Made by a program: the position numbers and the translations under genes
IMG/VR virus record: IMGVR_UViG_3300044511_000090
Coordinates: 10,145 to 74,144 of that record
DNA from: a virus
Reading direction: 5' to 3' (one strand)
DNA length: 64,000 bases
The notes under the pieces: model-generated
What the model saw: the letters and a program-made list of their open reading frames with translations, nothing else
Databases searched by the model: none
Told to the model about the DNA's origin: nothing
Shown here: one piece after another, positions 56,166 through 64,000 of the stretch
Numbering within the stretch: the stretch's first letter is position 1
How the letters are laid out: each line of letters starts with the position of its first letter

Positions 56166-57293
56166 CTACGCTACCACGCCTGGATTTGTGAAAAGAATTT
56201 GGTACGGAATACTTGGGTAAATAGGGCGTCCACTTGAAGCAGCATGGCTCGCAACTTGGGTTTTGACGTAGTACCACTTTTGGGTATGAGCCCAAGGAAC
56301 AAGATTATGCCCGTATGGAACGTCTTGAATGTTTGTTGTAAGCGAAAACTCTTTTGCCCCTCTTGTTGGGTTTAGATGCTTGAAGAAGAAGGTTATATCA
56401 ACGAGCTTTTGATTGGCATAGATGCCAGCAGAGCCTGACCATTCTAAAACATCTGGAACAATCGGGGTGTATCGGACTACGTTTATCCCCTCAAGCAGCA
56501 GCGTGCCTTTGCCGTAGTTCCACCAGTCAAGCTGGTTCACCTTGCCAATGCACTGCTCAATGTAGGACGTAATGCTAGAGTTTTGCGTATTGACGTACAA
56601 CTCAGGAACGTGATACCACGTCATCTTGATTGTCTTGCTCTTTATAAACAGCCTAAGCTGACCATCGCCAGCGATTTTTTCATGAGGGATCGCGCTGGCA
56701 GCAACGTCGAACACATACCTTCCTGCATTTGCCGTGATGTACTCACCGGCAGGGATTGTCTCAACGTCAACGTATCTCAGCCACTCTTGGGCGTAAGGAA
56801 CACTGCTATTGACAGTGCCATTTTCACGATAAATATCAACTATGCCTGTTGGAATGCTGTCGTCTCTCAGGACAGCGAATGGCCGTGGGGTAAAAGCTGC
56901 CCCATTGAACAGCCACCCTGGATACATTGCTGTTTTGTAGACAGGCTGCGCTTCGAATAGGCCGAGAATATCTGAGACCTCCTCAGAAGGTCTGCCAACT
57001 CCGCGAATGTCGCTAATTCCTTCGCAGTAGCACCACCAAAAAAAGGGATCGGCCTTCGGTTGCACTCTCTTCAGCCTGTAACCATCGCTATGCGTGTGCG
57101 TGCTGCCCATTAACTCGATAATGGCATCAGTAACTTCGTAGGTATCTGTGATCGCACTATGACCTGTACCACTTATACCGTCTTGGCCGATGACGTAGTT
57201 GCGGATGGACTTCAACCCGCCACGGACAGAAACACTAGCCGTGCTTGGGCTTATTCCAGAAACTCGCTCCATGTATAGGCGTAGGTCGGCCAT
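56166..57293 (-). CDS. Tail protein (distal tail/hub position)
   Basis: Directly after the tape measure gene; IGKVN...GTLLLEG. Confidence 0.65.
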   Translation of the reverse strand: MADLRLYMERVSGISPSTASVSVRGGLKSIRNYVIGQDGISGTGHSAITDTYEVTDAIIELMGSTHTHSDGYRLKRVQPKADPFFWWCYCEGISDIRGVGRPSEEVSDILGLFEAQPVYKTAMYPGWLFNGAAFTPRPFAVLRDDSIPTGIVDIYRENGTVNSSVPYAQEWLRYVDVETIPAGEYITANAGRYVFDVAASAIPHEKIAGDGQLRLFIKSKTIKMTWYHVPELYVNTQNSSITSYIEQCIGKVNQLDWWNYGKGTLLLEGINVVRYTPIVPDVLEWSGSAGIYANQKLVDITFFFKHLNPTRGAKEFSLTTNIQDVPYGHNLVPWAHTQKWYYVKTQVASHAASSGRPIYPSIPYQILFTNPGVVA

Positions 57294-57296
57294 AAA

Positions 57297-58499
57297 CTAT
57301 CTTGTACTTAATCCTCTCCCAAGTTCATTTTTCAATGCGTCGAATCCCATCTCAAACCCGCTCATAATTGCCGACGCCTTGTTGTAAGCATTCGTTACAC
57401 CACCAGCAAATCTTGCTGCCGTGGCCGCAACATTCTTGACATCATTGTAAATCTGAGTGATTTCGTCCTTCTTGCCGTCGAGCCACTTTCTGGCTTCATC
57501 AACAGAAGTTTGGATGTTTTCCACAGTAGGCCACTTCTCCTTGACAAGCGCGATGATTTCGTGAATCTTATCAATCATCACAGTCGTTGTTTTTCCGCCG
57601 TCTGCCAATACCTGCTTCAAGTCGTTCTTGATGTCGCCCAAGAAGTCAGCCGCTTGCTGAGCGGGGTCTTTCTTCTCCTTGTCTCCATAGGCACTGGCAC
57701 GGAACGCTTCCAATTGAATGTTCTTGGCCAAATCGCCAATCGCCTTGAACGACGGGCTTTCAACAGCGTAGCCAGTAGAATCTTTCTTCTCGGCTTTGCC
57801 AGATTTTTCGAGACCATTGATTAGACTCTCAACACCCTTGGCCCAACCGAAGCTCATCATCAATCTGGCGCTCCATATGAGAAGATGCTTGATTGCTTCA
57901 CGAACTGCATCCCTCAGTTGCTTCATAATGTCAGCTGCCGTCTTGCCTTCACCGACAGCGCCGCCGATCAATGACTTGAACATCTCCGCCACGCCTCGGC
58001 CAACTGCCGTGAACGTGGACCATACATCTTGAAGAATTCCAATCAATCCAACAAATATGTCCTTCAGTGCTTTAAGAGTCGGCATCATGCCGTTAATCAT
58101 GATTGACATATCATCGAATGACTGAATCAAGACTTTGCCAATCGCGTCTGAAATCTCCTGAATCAGAGGCTCAAGTTTCTTCATGATCGGAACGAGATGG
58201 TCAGCAAGACTCTTCGTGACCTCTCGCGCCACTTCGACAATTGGCCGCATGGCAATGCCAATCACGGCATTCAAGTCCCGGAAGCGTCGGCCAAGTTCGT
58301 TCACCAACGCCGGGTCTAATGCCCTGACAAACATCGATGCTATGTCGGCCATCTGCTCGAAAGGTACGATGGCAGCCTTCATTTGGCCGATGAACGACTT
58401 TGAAATGTCTACCATCGGCTGGATCATCTGGGACAATCCAGGCGTTGCAAATCCAGCCGCCATAGCCCCTGTCATTTCACCGAACGACGGCATCTTCAC
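57297..58499 (-). CDS. Tape-measure-like protein (short, 400 aa)
   Basis: Amphipathic helical composition; downstream of the chaperone pair. Confidence 0.65.
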   Translation of the reverse strand: MKMPSFGEMTGAMAAGFATPGLSQMIQPMVDISKSFIGQMKAAIVPFEQMADIASMFVRALDPALVNELGRRFRDLNAVIGIAMRPIVEVAREVTKSLADHLVPIMKKLEPLIQEISDAIGKVLIQSFDDMSIMINGMMPTLKALKDIFVGLIGILQDVWSTFTAVGRGVAEMFKSLIGGAVGEGKTAADIMKQLRDAVREAIKHLLIWSARLMMSFGWAKGVESLINGLEKSGKAEKKDSTGYAVESPSFKAIGDLAKNIQLEAFRASAYGDKEKKDPAQQAADFLGDIKNDLKQVLADGGKTTTVMIDKIHEIIALVKEKWPTVENIQTSVDEARKWLDGKKDEITQIYNDVKNVAATAARFAGGVTNAYNKASAIMSGFEMGFDALKNELGRGLSTR

Positions 58500-58816
58500 A
58501 CACCCAATTCAAGTCGTTCCAAGACCTTCAGCAAATACTCTTTGTTGACGCCTTTGGGGAGAAGTATTGACGGTCCTTTTGGCTTGCCATCAACAAGCGG
58601 CTGAGTGATCCTCAGTCGAAGCTGGTGGACTTTGCCGTTGTCCCTGAAGTTGTCGGCTGTGAACTTCAAGCCCTTGGGGAACTCGATGCGAGAACCGTCG
58701 CTCATAATGGCGAACGCCGGATCACCGCTGCTGTCAACTTCGTTCAGCGTCACTTCGGAGACACTGGGTTCATTCTGGAAAGACATTGCATCCTCGATTC
58801 GTATTTCTTGAAACAC
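58496..58816 (-). CDS. Hypothetical protein
   Basis: ORF between the chaperone and tape measure genes; start uncertain. Confidence 0.55.
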   Translation of the reverse strand: MFQEIRIEDAMSFQNEPSVSEVTLNEVDSSGDPAFAIMSDGSRIEFPKGLKFTADNFRDNGKVHQLRLRITQPLVDGKPKGPSILLPKGVNKEYLLKVLERLELGV

Positions 58817-59496
58817 TTGGACAAATGGTAGTACGATTTCCTTGGGTCTTCGCCGACGCCGACGCCATAGTTCGCAAGTTCGCCAGCGTCAGACATGCTC
58901 TTAAACTCAGCCAGCCCGTCCTCTTCGGTCATCCGCAAAGCATTGCACACCTTGTCATAGATTCTGCAATTCTCGGCCCACGAAAGATCGAAAAAGTTCC
59001 GCGTTGACTCAGGATTATCCCTGAAGCAGTTGTACGCCACGAGCATGTCACGCTGGGCAAGCTCGTGGATCATCGCGTGCATACGCTCTTTGGTGACTTC
59101 TCGCGGCACGCTGAACGGGTCATTCCCGTCTTCACCAGGAACAAGGTCGAAACACTTGTGAGCATCCAACCCAAGTCCGCCAACTTCTTGCAACTTGCTC
59201 TTAGCCATGTCGTCTTCCTCTTGAACAGGTTCTTCAAACACAGGCAGAGGTCTATCAATCGGCGGTCTGTTCGATTTGTCAAACGCAGCCGCCAAAACCT
59301 CTCGCATCTCATTGATCATACTCCAAAGCTGGTATGTCCTCCTTGGAGTCTGGTTCGCTATGTCCTCGTCTGAGCAACTCAAAGGCCATGCCTTCAACTG
59401 GCAAAAAGCCCTGTTCCAATCCATTTGCAATTCTTTTCTGTCTTCAAGTTTGGGGACAGACTGGCTTATCCCCGGCTGTCCCCCATCGCTTTTGGG
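58750..59496 (-). CDS. Tail assembly chaperone, -1 frameshift extension (gpT-like)
   Basis: Entered from the CCCAAAA slippery site; DWNRAFCQLKAWP...EDIANQTPR. Confidence 0.7.
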   Translation of the reverse strand, partial: PKSDGGQPGISQSVPKLEDRKELQMDWNRAFCQLKAWPLSCSDEDIANQTPRRTYQLWSMINEMREVLAAAFDKSNRPPIDRPLPVFEEPVQEEDDMAKSKLQEVGGLGLDAHKCFDLVPGEDGNDPFSVPREVTKERMHAMIHELAQRDMLVAYNCFRDNPESTRNFFDLSWAENCRIYDKVCNALRMTEEDGLAEFKSMSDAGELANYGVGVGEDPRKSYYHLSKCFKKYESRMQCLSRMNPVSPK

Positions 59497-60032
59497 GGCG
59501 ACGGCAACCCTTGCTTCATCACCAACGAAATCTTGGCCCACAATTCCTGCGACTTTTGATTCGCAATCTGAATCGCTTGGTCAATGCTCAGGCCGGTGAA
59601 AAGCGATACAAGGTGCATCTGCCCCTCAAAAATTACTCCATTGTTTGGGTCTTCCTTCTCTGTCTTCTTGCCTTTGGACTTCCCGTTGTGCTTGCCTTTG
59701 GCCTTTGGGTCTTCTGGAATCTCGCCGCGTTCTGCCATACCAAGAATCTTCATCATGACTGGACGGCCAAAAGAGTACGTCCCATTCTCAATACAGTCGT
59801 CAGAAAATGCGCTTTCTGCGGCGTCAACCTCTTCTTGCGTCATCAGCCCCATTTCCTTCTTTACCTGCCACGCCACCATCTTGATCTTCAAAGCGCGGCC
59901 AATAAGGAACGCCTCGGACGCTGAGATGATCGACTTCCACTGAAGAGGCTTCAGCTTGATCGTCTCGCCATTGAATTCAATCTCAATCGGGGCAGCATGA
60001 CAACTAAGACCGGATGACACACTCGCAGACAT
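59466..60032 (-). CDS. Tail assembly chaperone (gpG-like)
   Basis: Follows the tail tube gene; IEFNGETIKLKPL; slippery site near its end. Confidence 0.75.
   Translation of the reverse strand: MSASVSSGLSCHAAPIEIEFNGETIKLKPLQWKSIISASEAFLIGRALKIKMVAWQVKKEMGLMTQEEVDAAESAFSDDCIENGTYSFGRPVMMKILGMAERGEIPEDPKAKGKHNGKSKGKKTEKEDPNNGVIFEGQMHLVSLFTGLSIDQAIQIANQKSQELWAKISLVMKQGLPSPPKAMGDSRG
59490..59496 (-). other. -1 programmed frameshift heptamer C CCA AAA
   Basis: In-frame X XXY YYZ followed by a GGGGACAG...CTGTCCCC stem. Confidence 0.78.
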
Positions 60033-60039
60033 ACAACTC

Positions 60040-60489
60040 CTAGAAAGTCACAGTGAAAGTTCCGTTGGATTCAAGAGAGGCCGAAAACCTCGCAACAGCA
60101 TTACTTGCTGCCGTCGAGATTCGCATGTTCGCAACTCGGAATGTTATCGTGAAGCTAGAACCGCCGCCGCCAAGCGCAAACACCATCGAGATGCTCTGCC
60201 CTTGAGTCAAGCCAGCAGAACTGTTGTACGGACCCTCGACATTCGCCTTGCACGAAAAAATACCAGCCTCATTAGACTGATAACCACTGGATGTAAAATT
60301 CGTTGTTGGAATGACTTCTGAAACGAAGTCCAAATCAGCCTTATCCATAGGCTGAGACGTAGAACTCCACGTCCAGCTACTTGCTTTGCCTGGGTAGAAT
60401 GTACCAAGCAAAAGAAGAAAAGGCAAAATCAGAATAATGTGATCAAGAACCTTTTCTAGTTCGCCAGCAAACTGAAAGAAATTTTCCAT
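60040..60489 (-). CDS. Major tail tube protein with a hydrophobic N-terminal extension
   Basis: TFYPGK...IPTTNFTSSGY...AGI...FSASLESNGTF; position before the chaperones. Confidence 0.72.
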   Translation of the reverse strand: MENFFQFAGELEKVLDHIILILPFLLLLGTFYPGKASSWTWSSTSQPMDKADLDFVSEVIPTTNFTSSGYQSNEAGIFSCKANVEGPYNSSAGLTQGQSISMVFALGGGGSSFTITFRVANMRISTAASNAVARFSASLESNGTFTVTF

Positions 60490-60560
60490 CGTATCTCCAG
60501 TCACGCAGTCACACTTCTATAATTCAAGCAGACAGCCCGCTTGCCAGGAGGAACAAATTT

Positions 60561-61607
60561 ATGCCGTGGAGCAAAGAAAGACTCTTTCATCATCATGAAT
60601 GGATGCGTTCTATTGCCAGTCGGCACATGGCAGGAGAATCCGTTCAGTCCCTTGTTAAAAGCACTGGCAAGAGCAAGCATTCTGTTTACAGAATAATCAA
60701 AAGATTCGGGGCTCTTACTCCATCTGACAAGTTCTTGACAGACGAAGAAAAGAAGAGAATCATAAATTCCTTTGTTGGCGGCGACACCTATGAGACGCTG
60801 GTTGCCAAATTTGGCAGGCACAGAGGAGTTCTTGTCAAAACAATCAAAGAATCCGACATAGACGTTCGTGCGGTTTGCAGACAGCACAGGTCGAGAGGGA
60901 GAAGGGAATATAGCGTCAATGAGTCGTATTTCTCCAAAATAGAAACCGAGCAACAAGCATGGATTTTGGGGTTCATCGCTGGCGATGGGAATGTGTCTCT
61001 CAACCAGCATAAGACTCCTGTATTGGCTATCAACATAGCGTGGAAAGACCACGAGATTGTTGAAAGAATCAAAAACGAAATCCAATATACTGGGCCTGTT
61101 TACAAAACAAAGTCCAAGTACCGATGTGGCGATTACTTTTACGCTTGTATTCGAGTCGTTTCGCACCAAATATGCGGAGATTTGGCAATACAAGGAATCC
61201 ATCCGCGAAAATCCCTTACACTCATGCCTTGGGACGGACCTAGCCATCTCATGCGCCATTACTGGAGAGGGGTCATTGATGCTGATGGCAGTCTTTGCAG
61301 AGCAAATGATGAAGAATGGAGGCTCTGCCTTGCAGGAAGCAAGGCTATGGTAGAAGGTCTGAAGATTTACTGCCACCAGATAACAGGAACAAAAAGCCAA
61401 GCCAAGCAGGGATGCAAAGCAAAAAGCTGGCAAATACAGTTTGGCGGCAACAAGAATGTAAGATCGCTTGTCAGTCATTTTTATTCCGATGCAAAAATAT
61501 CCTTGCCAAGAAAACAAAATCTGGCCCAAATGATTATCGAAGGAATGCCTCCGTACAAATCACGCCGTCTTCAGAACGATGGCCAACGTATAAGTCAAAG
61601 TCCCTGA
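60561..61607 (+). mobile_element. Free-standing double-motif LAGLIDADG homing endonuclease gene, antisense to the tail operon
   Basis: VNESYFSKI...AWILGFIAGDG and HYWRGVIDADGS; LPRK; N-terminal HTHs; own AGGAGG RBS and TATAAT. Confidence 0.92.
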
Positions 61608-62051
61608 ACCTCCAGTGTGGGTTATGCGCACATTTCTTGTAGTAGCGTCAACGGTCGTTGCCGTCGTGCTTCCGAACCCGAAGGCTCCACCGGCAGCGCC
61701 GTTGATCTGCGGACCAGTTCCAGCAAGGAACCAGCTCAGCGGGTTCGCAGCGCCAGGGTCATACCTCCATGTCGTGCCCGAAGTCTTCAGCAGAATCATG
61801 TAAGCGCCTGTTGGCGTCAATGCCGTGCCAAACGCTGGCTCAGTCAAAGATCGAACATCAATCGTTACCGAAGCACCGGCAGCGAGCGTTCCTTGGACGT
61901 AGTACACTTCAGCCGCATCGCTTGCCCCGATTGTTGGCGTAATCTCGGCGACTATGTTCCCAGTGCCGGGGATAGAGTCAAAGCCTGTAATGGCATGGCT
62001 CTGGGTCCATCCCATCGACATATCCAGGCGTGCTGTGACCAAGTTCGCCAA
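61560..62051 (-). CDS. Virion structural protein
   Basis: GTLAAGASVTID...FG..LT...; late-operon context. Confidence 0.75.
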   Translation of the reverse strand: MANLVTARLDMSMGWTQSHAITGFDSIPGTGNIVAEITPTIGASDAAEVYYVQGTLAAGASVTIDVRSLTEPAFGTALTPTGAYMILLKTSGTTWRYDPGAANPLSWFLAGTGPQINGAAGGAFGFGSTTATTVDATTRNVRITHTGGSGTLTYTLAIVLKTA

Positions 62052-62495
62052 TTACTTTCCCCTCCTTGCACATTCGACAATCTTCAACTTCCTAGCCTCG
62101 ATTGCTGCTTTCTCTTTGTTGAACCGCTCCGTGTCCTTTGGGCAGTCATAGAAGTAGCCTTCCCTGTTCTGCCTCTTGATGATCGACCTCAATGCCGGTT
62201 CATACTTGTCGAGAAGTTTCCTTGTCTCTTCGGCCCGCTTGTCTGGAGAAGCCTTTGCCCAACACTCCTCACACATCACAGCCTGGCTCTTGACGCATTT
62301 CGCCTTTGGCTGAAGTTCTCCAGGCCGCTTGTGATCGTTCTCAATCTCAAGCTCGCCTTCTTCGTAATCCACATGATGGAAAGGCTTCCAAAAGTAGTCT
62401 TCGCACGTCGGGCACTTCATCATGCCAAGCTCTTTCGCCTTGGCATTGAGTTCCTCACGTTCACCAGGAAGCCACTCAATCGTAATCTTCGGCAT
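62052..62495 (-). CDS. Hypothetical Zn-binding protein
   Basis: CPTC...CEECW. Confidence 0.65.
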   Translation of the reverse strand: MPKITIEWLPGEREELNAKAKELGMMKCPTCEDYFWKPFHHVDYEEGELEIENDHKRPGELQPKAKCVKSQAVMCEECWAKASPDKRAEETRKLLDKYEPALRSIIKRQNREGYFYDCPKDTERFNKEKAAIEARKLKIVECARRGK

Positions 62496-63050
62496 TTATG
62501 GAACCGTGTCGTCGTCGGACAATTGCCAGTTAAACTCCAATTCAAGCGTCAGCCTGAATGGTTTCCAATCTCTGTTCCCAGGTCCAGGCGGCTCAAACGA
62601 AACCCAAAGCATCGGCCTCTTGAGAATCGCTTCGCCGTCTGTATTCAAAAGGTCGTCTTCCCAAAAAGCCGAGAACAATCGGCCAAGAAGACGGTTGCCT
62701 CTTGGCGGTGCAGCAGCGGCCTCGTCTACAGACGCCTCTGCACGCCAGAACAAATCGAGTTCATTCCTCAGCCACAGAGTTATCCGAACCTGCCCCTGAA
62801 CAATGAACTCGCTGATGTTTCCGCCGCCAATAAACACATCACCATGAGCCCAAACCAAACTCGGATACCTGACCGTGATGAATCTGTCAGCAAACGGGAA
62901 ATTAGCTGGCAGAACCTCATCATCAAGCGTCATGTAGACCTGCGAAGAGTCAACGATATTGGCGTCAATCGTCTTCTGCGCAAGCCGACTATGTACTTCG
63001 TCAAGAGTCGTTCCTGAAACTCTTGTCACATCCGGGTCAAAAACCATCAA
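62496..63050 (-). CDS. Tail completion/terminator-position protein
   Basis: Position after the head-tail adaptor; inferred from synteny. Confidence 0.5.
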   Translation of the reverse strand: MMVFDPDVTRVSGTTLDEVHSRLAQKTIDANIVDSSQVYMTLDDEVLPANFPFADRFITVRYPSLVWAHGDVFIGGGNISEFIVQGQVRITLWLRNELDLFWRAEASVDEAAAAPPRGNRLLGRLFSAFWEDDLLNTDGEAILKRPMLWVSFEPPGPGNRDWKPFRLTLELEFNWQLSDDDTVP

Positions 63051-63586
63051 TTACTTCCAGTAAGAGGGTTTCTCGTCCAGTTGTCAGACCGATTGCCGAA
63101 GAATCGACTGAATACTTCCGTTGGCCGATTCGAGATTCCATCAGACCTTGCGCTAATGTCAATCGTTGACATCTGGCCAGCACGGGCTGATTCCTGAATG
63201 CCAAATACCAAGTCGCCTTTGATCAACGAGGCCAAGGTCTCCCGTGCTTCCTTGTAGCCAGACACCTTCTCAGGCTCAGGGATTCTCCGCTTGGCCAAGT
63301 GATAGAAAGCCAAGTCGCACACAAGCCCCTTCAACGCCGCTTGGCTTGCGCCTGTAAGCGATTCAAGATCGGTCGGCGTGTATTTCTCTCCACGGTAACA
63401 AGCCATCTCGACTTCGCCAGACGCCCTAAGCAATGCAGCCGAGACAACACTGTTCGTTGGCAAATCTCCAGGCGTAAGCGACACGCCAGCATCGCTTGCA
63501 TAATGACAAATCTTGTTCACATCATGTGCGAGCACAAGATCGTCAGCATCGGCGTAAGAAGTCGAACTCGAAACTACTGTGGACAC
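63047..63586 (-). CDS. Head-tail adaptor, Mu gp36/DUF1320-like
   Basis: YADADDL...ALLRASGEV...Y...LVCDLAFYHLAKRR...YKEA...L..L..G. Confidence 0.8.
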   Translation of the reverse strand: MSTVVSSSTSYADADDLVLAHDVNKICHYASDAGVSLTPGDLPTNSVVSAALLRASGEVEMACYRGEKYTPTDLESLTGASQAALKGLVCDLAFYHLAKRRIPEPEKVSGYKEARETLASLIKGDLVFGIQESARAGQMSTIDISARSDGISNRPTEVFSRFFGNRSDNWTRNPLTGSN

Positions 63587-63598
63587 GTTTCACCCGAT

Positions 63599-63633
63599 AA
63601 AAAAACCCGCCGCCGCACAGGGCGACGACGGGC
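63599..63633 (-). terminator. Intrinsic terminator
   Basis: CCCGTCGTCGC...GCGGCGGCGGG followed by a T tract on the minus strand. Confidence 0.75.
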
Positions 63634-63655
63634 GGCATAACGAAGACCAAGTATC

Positions 63656-64000
63656 TCAACCAGTAAAACGCTCTTTCCAAACAAGCGTCGATGCGTACAG
63701 GGCCACGCTTGCTTTGGTACAAGCCAAGTAAACAAGAACTCCTGGAGGAACGATAACCCGGCCATTGAATTCAAACACAGCGGCAGTAGTCGCGTGTGCC
63801 GTGCCAGTATCCGCCTCAAGGTTGATCGTGAACAAAGTCTGCAACACATCCGTCGCAACACCAGCAGTAACCGTGTTCGTGCCCGTGTTTGAACACCGAA
63901 CAGCAGAAGTCTTTCCTGAAAACAACTTGCCGTTGAACGGCTTGTTGGTTTCGTCAATCGCCGTCATGATCGATCCGGTTGCAATCGCGTTCAGATTGTT
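63656..64000 (-). CDS. Virion (head-region) protein, 5'-partial
   Basis: Frame remains open to the window end. Confidence 0.65.
   Translation of the reverse strand, partial: NNLNAIATGSIMTAIDETNKPFNGKLFSGKTSAVRCSNTGTNTVTAGVATDVLQTLFTINLEADTGTAHATTAAVFEFNGRVIVPPGVLVYLACTKASVALYASTLVWKERFTG

Noticed and set aside
60501-61529. 342-aa minus-strand ORF co-oriented with the tail operon
   Set aside because: Antisense to the LAGLIDADG gene, which has clear motifs and an RBS.
60490-61610. Group I intron around the homing endonuclease
   Set aside because: The flanking genes are complete, the endonuclease is antisense to them, and there is no room for an intron core.
61617-63017. 466-aa plus-strand ORF
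   Set aside because: Shadow of three well-formed minus-strand late genes; no motifs.

Overview
A 64-kb segment of a tailed dsDNA bacteriophage genome, probably a siphovirus. The host is inferred to be a planctomycete (Gemmataceae-like) from three TIGR02996-type domains, a planctomycete-type LExLExR motif on an RTX protein and a C1-peptidase/secreted-protein cluster. Layout: (1) 1-5.6 kb, minus strand: DNA methyltransferase (partial), terminase small subunit, sigma-factor-like gene. (2) 5.7-9.4 kb, plus strand: accessory genes ending in an XRE HTH gene. (3) About 9.4-9.8 kb: a non-coding control region with a perfect palindrome and a sigma54-type promoter, possibly a genome end. (4) 9.8-43.5 kb, plus strand: early and replication genes, including many small ORFs, a degenerate tRNA-Ala, a Ycf46-like AAA module, methyltransferases, beta-clamp-like, SMC-like and GHKL proteins, ERF, YqaJ exonuclease, ParB-like and an intein-containing SF2 helicase. 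(5) 43.6-49 kb: membrane/secreted and possible lysis genes, a structured RNA candidate and tRNA-Met. (6) 49.3-64 kb, minus strand: tail and head-tail genes with a -1 frameshift chaperone pair and an antisense LAGLIDADG endonuclease. The most unusual observations are a four-gene module whose AAA+ ATPase has Walker B before Walker A, phage proteins carrying a host-type TIGR02996 domain on three different partners, two DUF6745-type paralogues with unrelated 4-residue-periodic cores, and a dispersed 23-bp palindrome AATAGGCGC-N5-GCGCCTATT. No integrase, CRISPR array or reverse transcriptase is visible. Family names come from motif recognition by eye, not from database searches.
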